A DNA stretch of 27,574 bases from IMG/VR virus record IMGVR_UViG_3300012940_001441, positions 1-27,574 of that record, one strand, 5' to 3'. The DNA is from a virus (taxonomy: Duplodnaviria > Caudoviricetes). Below, in pieces: positions 1 to 6,902 of this stretch (position 1 is its first letter; each line of letters opens with the position of its first letter). The position numbers and the translations under genes are program-made. The notes below the pieces were generated by a model. It did not search any database and was not told the DNA's origin. It saw only the letters and a program-made list of their open reading frames with translations.

Positions 1-1209
1 ATGGCGACTATAAGCGTAATCTTAGATAAACGATATAAACACAAAGACGACACATTTTCTATTGCTATCAGAATAACAAATAAAAATAAAACAAGATATA
101 AACCCGTTGGATTTGCCGTCAAAGATAACCAATTTCGAGACAGTTTATCAAATTGGGTAACCAGGCACCCGGACGCAGTTTATATAAATGCATTGATTGA
201 AGATCAGCGGTCAAATATAGTAGCAAAGTTGACAAAGCTACAGCTGGAAAAGCGGCCCTTTGATTTTAATTATCTATTGTCGGATATTCCTGCGAACGGA
301 CATACCATTGGAGAAATACTAACGCATATATCGGAAGTAAAAGACAGTGAGGACGAAGTAAGCCAAGCCAATAGGCACCTCAGCCTAAAAAGGCAGGTTA
401 TAGCCTGTTTGGGCGCTGATATGTGCCTGAACGATGTTGGCATGGAGCATGTACAGAAAATCGTTGCCTACTTCCGCTCCGGCGATCCTGAAAATGGGTA
501 TATACCCAACAGACCCAATACCGTTAATAGAAAGCTCCGTTACCTCAGTGATGCATATACAGCAGCAACTAAAATGTGGCCTAAAGAAATACAGCCAAAC
601 AACCCGTTTAAATTGGTTAAGGTCAAACGAGAAAAAGGCAGAAAAATAAAGTTGACCTGGGCGCAAGTTCAGGCAATGGAAACTATGCAACTTGACGGAA
701 TGATGGACTTATCCAGGGATATGTACCTTTACGCCTTTTATGCGCAAGGAATGCGCTTTGAAAATGTGCTGACAATGAAACGTGAGGCACTTGCAAACCT
801 GTCCATTGATTACCGAATGAATAAAGGACGGGATTTGCGTTCCATCGAAGTCCATCCTAAATTGAAGCGCATTATTGATAAATATCGGAATAGTGGCGGG
901 CCTTACTTGTTCCCTCTATTGAAGAAGGAATGCAAAACTAAAAGAGAATTATATTACGCAAAAGATGAAGCAAATTATAACGTCAACTTTTATTTAAAAC
1001 GTATAGGCCAGCTACTTGGTTTAACGCAACCGTTAACATTCCATACTTCCCGGCATACCTACGCCCATTTAGCCAAAAAATCGGGTGTTGATCCCTGGGT
1101 AATCAAAGACAGCCTGGGACACACAACGTTTGCAACAACAGAGGAGTATTTAAATTCGCTGGATGATGATGATATAAATAGTGCAGTTACACCGGTGTAC
1201 TACAAATAA
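1..1209 (+). CDS. int: Tyrosine recombinase / prophage integrase (Bacteroidota-type, N-terminal arm-binding domain)
   Basis: 402 aa. Catalytic R (GMRFENV), HxxR (FHTSRHT), LGH and Y (TEEYL). The N-terminus ('ILDKR...IAIRIT...Y') resembles Bacteroidota arm-binding domains. Confidence 0.95.
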   Translation: MATISVILDKRYKHKDDTFSIAIRITNKNKTRYKPVGFAVKDNQFRDSLSNWVTRHPDAVYINALIEDQRSNIVAKLTKLQLEKRPFDFNYLLSDIPANGHTIGEILTHISEVKDSEDEVSQANRHLSLKRQVIACLGADMCLNDVGMEHVQKIVAYFRSGDPENGYIPNRPNTVNRKLRYLSDAYTAATKMWPKEIQPNNPFKLVKVKREKGRKIKLTWAQVQAMETMQLDGMMDLSRDMYLYAFYAQGMRFENVLTMKREALANLSIDYRMNKGRDLRSIEVHPKLKRIIDKYRNSGGPYLFPLLKKECKTKRELYYAKDEANYNVNFYLKRIGQLLGLTQPLTFHTSRHTYAHLAKKSGVDPWVIKDSLGHTTFATTEEYLNSLDDDDINSAVTPVYYK

Positions 1210-1230
1210 ACTTTAACACACCACAAAGGG

Positions 1231-1256
1231 AAACCGGGTATATTTGCCCGGTTTTT
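1231..1256. terminator. Probable bidirectional intrinsic terminator between the convergent integrase and cargo operon
   Basis: AAACCGGGTA-TATT-TGCCCGGTTT hairpin followed by T residues, lying between the convergent stops at 1209 and 1275. Confidence 0.75.
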
Positions 1257-1274
1257 CTATTGCTGGAATAGCTG

Positions 1275-2342
1275 TTACTGCAGGGCGTGGCGTACTCTTT
1301 CATTCGTATATTTCCCCTTTTCTTTATTAACCGACTGTAGCCAATCCTGGTACATCTTTTCCGGCATTTCCCGGTAGCCGGTTCCCACAATACGTACATA
1401 TAATTGCTCCATTTCCTGGTAAATTTTGGAGGCTTGCTCTGGTTGCAACCTCTTAGCTGCCTGATACTGTTTGCGGAGAATATCAGCCTTATAAATAGCA
1501 GCAGCAACGTTTGCCGGATGATACTTTAAAACCAGATTACAGCAGCGGATCAGAAAGCTATCCGTACCATTCCCTGTTTTCTTTTCGTAGCCTTTCGCTA
1601 AATCCAGTACACATTGAGCAATTGCCTGGCGGTCGCTGAGTGTATCCATATAAATGCCGCTCCGGATAGCCTCCAGGCTTATATAGCCGGATGCGGTTAT
1701 CCAGGCATCAATAGGAAATTGGCCGCTGGTAAGTTCGGTATTGTACCAGCCGATTTTCTCACAACGGTTTTTGATGTAAATATGATTGGGAGCGAAGGAC
1801 AGCCAGCAGGTAGCGCCTATTTCATCGGCCAGTATTTTGTAAAAATAAGGTAAAGAATGGCAGTTGCCGGAATGCGTTGCCATTAGCTTGGTAACAAACA
1901 TTTTGGTCCAGTCCTTTTTGGCAAAGAAATCCTCAAAGTCATAAGTGTAGGGCAGATGAGCAATGTTTCTTCCCTGTGAAACCATCTGTATATGAATGGT
2001 ATCTTTCAGTATTCTATACAGGGCATGGTTTTTAAGAAGGTCAATGCTGTCAGGCTGTTTGTAGCTTTTTAATGGGTTAGCCTCCATCCAACCTCTTGCC
2101 AGGTCTGCCAGTTGTTTAATATGCTGATCATACTCTGCATGATCCAATTTGCCATTCAAATAGGCATTTTCCGAAATAAACACGGCCTGTTTGAATGACG
2201 TAGGTTTAATGCCCTTTAACATGGAATCCAGTTCGTTGAATGCCTGATCATAAACATCTCTTATCCTTAGGTTTTGGGAGAAAGATGTGTTATAATTCCA
2301 GAACAAACACAATATTACGAGTACCCCTTTCCTAAAAGCCAT
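1275..2342 (-). CDS. Exported transglutaminase-like (Cys-His-Glu) protein with TPR-like helical C-terminus, paralog B
   Basis: 355 aa. Signal peptide (MAFRKGVLVILCLF...SFS/Q). Motifs GNCHSLP, APNHIY and TELTSG resemble a Transglut_core2/SirB1-like core. Clear paralog of 4917-6275. Confidence 0.7.
   Translation of the reverse strand: MAFRKGVLVILCLFWNYNTSFSQNLRIRDVYDQAFNELDSMLKGIKPTSFKQAVFISENAYLNGKLDHAEYDQHIKQLADLARGWMEANPLKSYKQPDSIDLLKNHALYRILKDTIHIQMVSQGRNIAHLPYTYDFEDFFAKKDWTKMFVTKLMATHSGNCHSLPYFYKILADEIGATCWLSFAPNHIYIKNRCEKIGWYNTELTSGQFPIDAWITASGYISLEAIRSGIYMDTLSDRQAIAQCVLDLAKGYEKKTGNGTDSFLIRCCNLVLKYHPANVAAAIYKADILRKQYQAAKRLQPEQASKIYQEMEQLYVRIVGTGYREMPEKMYQDWLQSVNKEKGKYTNERVRHALQ
2168..2253. 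repeat. Direct repeat copy 1 (near the 5' end of paralog B gene)
   Basis: 86 nt aligning ungapped to 2616-2701 with 11 mismatches by manual count. Confidence 0.9.
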
Positions 2343-2607
2343 CCTTTGCTTTTTGACGTGTTGCCATTATTTTATCAGATACTTCTTGCAGGTTTTTTAA
2401 ATGCACTCTATTTCTGGGATCATAGTCAATCCCGATTTTATTAACTAAAATATCCTCTAAGCAATTCATTAGTTGCTGTTTATTGTTAATAGCATTTAGA
2501 ATTAAAGGGATATAACTTTTATATTCATCAGTCGCAATGTCTTCGTTAACACCAATAGGGTTCCACTCAGCTAGAACGCGATTAATATTTTCTACAATTT
2601 TTTTCAT
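2332..2607 (-). CDS. Putative immunity protein 4 (WNPIG...DEY motif, DUF1871-like)
   Basis: Likely true start is the ATG at 2607 (MKKIVEN). The ORF-track extension to 2736 is a duplicated fragment of the downstream gene. AT-rich; its stop overlaps the start of paralog B. Confidence 0.6.
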   Translation of the reverse strand: MKKIVENINRVLAEWNPIGVNEDIATDEYKSYIPLILNAINNKQQLMNCLEDILVNKIGIDYDPRNRVHLKNLQEVSDKIMATRQKAKDGF

Positions 2608-2615
2608 TAGTGCAA

Positions 2616-2805
2616 TTTCCGAAATAAAAACGGCCTGTTTGAATGATGCAGGTTTAATGTCCTTTAACATGGAATCGAGTTCGACAAATGCTTGTTTATA
2701 ATCCTCTTTATCCTTTCCGTTTTGGCAGAATACCATTGTATATTTACAGAATATGCATTATACCAATACAAAAATTCTTAAATAGCGTAATGAAGTTGTG
2801 TTCAA
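2616..2805 (-). pseudogene. Truncated remnant of the 5' end of a paralog-B-like gene (direct repeat copy 2 at 2616-2701)
   Basis: Translates as ...LRIFVLV*CIFCKYTMVFCQN...YKQAFVELDSMLKDIKPASFKQAVFISE versus FRKGVLVILCLFWNYNTSFSQN...YDQAFNELDSMLKGIKPTSFKQAVFISE. In-frame TAA at 2758-2760 within the signal peptide. Confidence 0.8.
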
Positions 2806-2820
2806 GTTGCCAGATAGAGT

Positions 2821-3087
2821 TTAATGATAAAATTTGTCTATTATATTTTCTAACATAAGCCCTTCTTCTGTTGGCTCATAATCTTTTTTGAATCCAACTT
2901 TTTGCAATTGCTCTCCTGCCCAATCTCTTATATCATCAGCAATATCTGGTTCCAATTGAAGTATAATCTGGTTTTCATCAATTACGCCATTATGAACATG
3001 CTTGGCCCAATCTGTTTTGTTTGTTAGAGCATTTTGTAAATACTCAAATTCCTGTTTAGTTAATTTTACTGAAATGGATATCGTCAC
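2821..3087 (-). CDS. Putative immunity protein 3 (small acidic protein)
   Basis: Acidic ~88 aa. Probable GTG start in a GTGA overlap with the upstream stop (ORF track starts at TTG 3102). AT-rich, in an array downstream of the toxin. Confidence 0.55.
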   Translation of the reverse strand: MTISISVKLTKQEFEYLQNALTNKTDWAKHVHNGVIDENQIILQLEPDIADDIRDWAGEQLQKVGFKKDYEPTEEGLMLENIIDKFYH

Positions 3088-3440
3088 TTTATGGTCCTCC
3101 AAACTTCATTTAATATATTTTCTATTTTTTGTAAGTACGCCAAGCATTCTTTTGCTGCTTCAGTGTCTTTATTCTCGATATTATTAGAAGCTAAATATTT
3201 CGTTATACCTGCCATTAGTTTCTCATCTTTGTATAGCTTGTTTGCATAATTAGTTTCTCCATTTATAATCCTATCCATTGTTCCTGCAATGAATTCATCA
3301 TATTGAACTAATTCTACAAATAATTCCTCTAAGTTATTATCCTTAGGGCTTCTTGGGAATTCAATCTTTTTAAATTCATTATATTTTCCGCTAGATTTTT
3401 CATTTAATAAAGTAATGTGAAAGCTAGTGCTTTTGAGCAT
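3084..3440 (-). CDS. Putative immunity protein 2
   Basis: 118 aa, predicted helical (FP...L..YD..IAG), no signal peptide, overlaps both neighbours, AT-rich. Confidence 0.55.
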   Translation of the reverse strand: MLKSTSFHITLLNEKSSGKYNEFKKIEFPRSPKDNNLEELFVELVQYDEFIAGTMDRIINGETNYANKLYKDEKLMAGITKYLASNNIENKDTEAAKECLAYLQKIENILNEVWRTIK

Positions 3441-3780
3441 TAGGACTATATTTTTCGAAAATTTCCAAAGCCTTCCCTTTCAAATAGCTTTTCACATTGG
3501 AGATAAGCTCTCTGTGTCCATAAAGTTGTTCAAATATTTGTACCACTATTGCGTCTTCTGTTTCATGCTTACCCTTTTCCATAGCGGTATTAATAAAGTT
3601 AAAACACTTTATCATCAATTCTTCTTTGCCAAAATTGCTAATAATAAATCTAGCGAACTCTCCCAATATTGGATAAACACCATCTTCTTCATCGAAAACA
3701 GAAACAAACTCTGGCACCTGCATTCTCAGCAAGGAGAGTAATTGTCCATAGAAGTCATCATTAATTACCTGAAAGTGCAT
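3424..3780 (-). CDS. Putative cognate immunity protein 1
   Basis: 118 aa, helical and acidic. Its start overlaps the toxin 3' end by 20 nt, the usual toxin-immunity coupling. Confidence 0.65.
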   Translation of the reverse strand: MHFQVINDDFYGQLLSLLRMQVPEFVSVFDEEDGVYPILGEFARFIISNFGKEELMIKCFNFINTAMEKGKHETEDAIVVQIFEQLYGHRELISNVKSYLKGKALEIFEKYSPNAQKH

Positions 3781-4885
3781 TCTGTATATCTGTTAATAGT
3801 TCTTTAACAATTTGTTTATCCGTAGCTGATAAATTAGTCCTATTATTCCAAAGTCTTTGCAATGCTGTTCTGTATTGAAGTAGCTTAGTGCCATGTGTTT
3901 TCCCTCCAACAGTCCCCCCTGTCAGTTGTTCAAGACGGTAGGCATCCATAGAGCTTCCTCCTCCTACTTTTGCACCCCGCCTAAATAAATCATTGATTAT
4001 ATTGCGGAGTTTAGCGTTTTCGGCCGCTCTAAGCAAATTACCCCTCGCACCTTCTATTGCTTTGAATGTGCTTGTGATTCCTGCTATCTTCCCAATACTC
4101 ACATCCGGCGGCAATCCCATATTCGGAGCGCGCCCAATCGGGTTACCACTCATATCATACCTGATACCCCGGTAGTTGCCCCCGTTCCAAATATAATCCA
4201 ATGTCCCGAAAACGCCGGTATAAGGTTCTCTTGTCGGTCTGGTAGTAATAGTGTTCCTCAGAAAGCCCGGATCATCCGGACTACCCGGAACAGTAAGCGT
4301 TTGCCTATTACCAAGTCCAATAGCAGTAACGCCGCCCAAAGTCGCTGTCATATCTCCGCCGGCACCTTCATTTTGGGATGAAGCAAATGCAAGCCCTTGA
4401 TATAAATTATCCATGCTCCCCTGTCCACTGGAAACCGTCTTTAGATACCCGAAGTAGCTAAAAATATCGTCCCCGGTAATAACATATCGGTCGCCTTTGT
4501 CTACCACCAGCATACCGTCAGGATCGGTATAATTAACGGGGTTGTTCAGGGTATAGTTATAAGGAGAATAATCGTAATATTCCTCCATCATGGGATCTTG
4601 CTGATACCAACGGCTATGTTCAGAGTTATCCGCCGCTACTTGCTGTAAAGAATCCTCATCCAGGAAACCTACAATAGTTTTGGTATTCATATTGATCAGC
4701 ACGCAGCCCACCCGGTGAATGGAATCATTCTCAAAGATTTCTACATATTTTCCTTTGCTCAGGGTAAGTACCTCCGCTTTTTTGCCGATACTCTCAAAGG
4801 GGTTAGCATCCTGTCCTTTCAGCATAAAGCTGCAACAGGTGCAATACAGTACAAACAAGCATTTAGGGACAAATGATCTTTTCAT
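3761..4885 (-). CDS. Signal-peptide-bearing mini Rhs-core polymorphic toxin
   Basis: 374 aa. Signal peptide (..MLKG/Q), ~65 aa N-domain, Rhs-core signature RWYQQDP...SPYNYTLNNPVNYTDPDG (aa 92-124), Gly-rich linker, and a basic helical C-terminal domain followed by immunity-like genes. Confidence 0.82.
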   Translation of the reverse strand: MKRSFVPKCLFVLYCTCCSFMLKGQDANPFESIGKKAEVLTLSKGKYVEIFENDSIHRVGCVLINMNTKTIVGFLDEDSLQQVAADNSEHSRWYQQDPMMEEYYDYSPYNYTLNNPVNYTDPDGMLVVDKGDRYVITGDDIFSYFGYLKTVSSGQGSMDNLYQGLAFASSQNEGAGGDMTATLGGVTAIGLGNRQTLTVPGSPDDPGFLRNTITTRPTREPYTGVFGTLDYIWNGGNYRGIRYDMSGNPIGRAPNMGLPPDVSIGKIAGITSTFKAIEGARGNLLRAAENAKLRNIINDLFRRGAKVGGGSSMDAYRLEQLTGGTVGGKTHGTKLLQYRTALQRLWNNRTNLSATDKQIVKELLTDIQNALSGN

Positions 4886-4916
4886 TACAGAATGTATTTA
4901 CATTTATAAAAAGGGT

Positions 4917-6275
4917 TTATTTGGGTTTTACGTTTATTGTCACTTTAGGTTTTAACACCTCATTAAAGCGTTTAGAAATGGCCTCACTTTCCTGTTTTCG
5001 TGCTGCTTCCTTCACAGATGCCAGCCATCTCTGGTATGCCTCCGGCGGCATACGCTGATAGCCCAGGTTATCAATCCGCTTATAATACTGCTGCATTTGA
5101 GTATACAGGTTATATGCTTCCGGGTAGTCCTTGAGCTTATCGGGAGGAGGGCTACCGGCGGCACGAATTGCCTGCATAGCTCTGGCGGTTGCTATATTCG
5201 CCTGTACCATCAGGGCTTGCAGATTATCCGGGGATAGTGACTGTACACTCTTTAAGCCTTGCTCTACAAAGCCATCATAACCGTACTTTTGCAGATAACC
5301 CAACGTCAAATCCATTATCAATAATGCAGTTAATTGCTGCCTGTCCAACGTGTCCAGATAGGTATTATGTTTGATGGCGGTCGCATTTATAAAACCTGAT
5401 TGCATCAACCAGTTTTGTGATACCAGCAGGCCGCTGGTTGTTTCAAAATGGTATGCAGTACCTTTGGGATCATAGAACTGGATATAAGAATGTTCAGGAG
5501 CATAGGACAAATAAGCCCTAGTCCCTAACTGTTCCGCCATGATGAGATATAACAAGGGCATTGAATGGCATTGCCCCTTGCCACTGATCAACAGTTTGGA
5601 TACGAACATATTTTCCCAATGTTCACGCCCCATGTAGTCATTGAAATCGTAACTAAAGGGAGAAATCACTTTTGTTGTCTTAGTCCGGGGATCATACCGG
5701 CTGATCTTATCTGAAAAGAGCTTTTGAATGGCATATTGCTTTGCCAGATCAGTATCGGGTAGTTTGTCCCTTTTCATGATATACCGGCAGAGCTCTACTT
5801 TATTATCGATCAGCTTTTGGAACTTGTCAAAAGGTAGTTTACCGTCCAGGTAAGCATTTTCCACCAGGTAGATACCATGGACGAGCGAAAGGCTATCCAC
5901 CTGGGCCATTGCTTCCAGCTTAAACAGGGCATCCCAATAATTCCGGGTAAGGGCATATTTTCCGGGGTATATAACAGGGTAAGTATTCACATCCGGTAAG
6001 AGCTCCTTTTCCAAATCGTCAGCAGATATTCCGTTTTGCCTACGGTTTTCGTAAGCATCTACCTCTTGTTCTATTTGCTTATATTGTCGTTGTAGTTGCA
6101 GTGATGGAGGCTTTACAACATCTTGTATGCCTGGCATAAAAGGTTTTGGTGCAGGTGGGGTAGGTAATACTCCTATCTGTTCAGCAACAGGTACCGGTTT
6201 ATTCTGGGCATATAGGGTATGACCAAAGAAAAGCACTACAAAAAAAGTTAACAGCAATTTGGATGATCTGCTCAT
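4917..6275 (-). CDS. Exported transglutaminase-like (Cys-His-Glu) protein with TPR-like helical C-terminus, paralog A
   Basis: 452 aa. Signal peptide (..TLYA/Q), Pro-rich N-terminal extension, motifs GQCHSMP, APEHSY and FETTSG. Shares ENAYL, YDFxD, MFVxKL, YxDTL and GYxxMPxxxYQxWLxSV with paralog B. Confidence 0.7.
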   Translation of the reverse strand: MSRSSKLLLTFFVVLFFGHTLYAQNKPVPVAEQIGVLPTPPAPKPFMPGIQDVVKPPSLQLQRQYKQIEQEVDAYENRRQNGISADDLEKELLPDVNTYPVIYPGKYALTRNYWDALFKLEAMAQVDSLSLVHGIYLVENAYLDGKLPFDKFQKLIDNKVELCRYIMKRDKLPDTDLAKQYAIQKLFSDKISRYDPRTKTTKVISPFSYDFNDYMGREHWENMFVSKLLISGKGQCHSMPLLYLIMAEQLGTRAYLSYAPEHSYIQFYDPKGTAYHFETTSGLLVSQNWLMQSGFINATAIKHNTYLDTLDRQQLTALLIMDLTLGYLQKYGYDGFVEQGLKSVQSLSPDNLQALMVQANIATARAMQAIRAAGSPPPDKLKDYPEAYNLYTQMQQYYKRIDNLGYQRMPPEAYQRWLASVKEAARKQESEAISKRFNEVLKPKVTINVKPK

Positions 6276-6417
6276 AGGTAGCTAATCTAGCTATGAAATT
6301 ATAACAAATCTGATATATTATTTCATCCTGAAAATGAAATTACTATAATTCTGTCCAATTGGAACAAAATTTTGTCTTTCCGTATAATGTATTAAAATTA
6401 TATCATATGCGAGAAAT

Positions 6418-6447
6418 AAAAGGCCGCACTGGGTGATACGACCTTTT
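6418..6447 (-). terminator. Intrinsic terminator ending the early operon upstream of the cargo operon
   Basis: Minus strand AAAAGGTCGTA-8 nt loop-TGCGGCCTTTT followed by ATTT. Confidence 0.6.
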
Positions 6448-6520
6448 ACTATACTACCACGGCTGATATTGCATTCGTAATGCGAACTACCGGGGCATTT
6501 TCAATCTTTAATTCTCCTAC

Positions 6521-6712
6521 CTATCTTCCCGTTTTTGCCTTTACTTTATTCCGGTTCAAATACTCTTTAAAATCTTCTTCAGAAATACGCCACTGCCCGC
6601 ATATTTTTTTGGCTGATATTTCACGCAACCGTATTAATCTACTAACAGCCTTCGGTTCTAAAAAAAGCACATCCGCAATGTCCTGTGTTGTGAAAAATTT
6701 ATACGCTTCCAT
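6521..6712 (-). CDS. Excisionase-like helix-turn-helix protein (HTH_17 type)
   Basis: 63 aa from ATG 6712: FFTTQDIADVL...VSRLIRLREISAKKICGQWRISEEDFKEYL, a typical Xis/MerR-like HTH pattern. Confidence 0.82.
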   Translation of the reverse strand: MEAYKFFTTQDIADVLFLEPKAVSRLIRLREISAKKICGQWRISEEDFKEYLNRNKVKAKTGR

Positions 6713-6722
6713 ACCCAAATGA

Positions 6723-6902
6723 TTAATTTCCAGAAATATTTTTGATAGCCTCTTGCAGCCGATCACACAACTGAATGGAAGCAGTTAATATGCTACCCGT
6801 TACCGGACAATTATAATTGATCAGCCTGCATTCATATAATGCCATCAGGTAATAGTGTTCAGCATTCAACTGCTCCTGAAGTATCATTTTATCCTTTTCC
6901 AT
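6723..6902 (-). CDS. Small hypothetical protein (59 aa; not in the ORF track)
   Basis: ATG directly follows the methyltransferase TAA. The ORF (MEKDKMILQEQLNAEHYYL...KNISGN*) fills the gap up to 10 nt before the Xis-like gene. Confidence 0.55.
   Translation of the reverse strand: MEKDKMILQEQLNAEHYYLMALYECRLINYNCPVTGSILTASIQLCDRLQEAIKNISGN

Noticed and set aside
2168-2701. Repeat pair as a diversity-generating retroelement TR/VR or as att sites
   Set aside because: No reverse transcriptase in the window, mismatches are not adenine-specific, and the repeat is at the 5' end of a gene inside the element.
2608-2736. N-terminal 43 aa of the 134-aa ORF 2332..2736 as a genuine part of that protein
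   Set aside because: It is a duplicated fragment of the downstream paralog B gene with a stop-interrupted signal peptide. ATG 2607 is the more plausible start.
3761-4885. T6SS effector, MuF-type virion-delivered toxin or T9SS cargo interpretation
   Set aside because: No PAAR, VgrG or MuF domain and no recognisable T9SS C-terminal domain. The signal peptide argues against loading into capsids in the cytoplasm.
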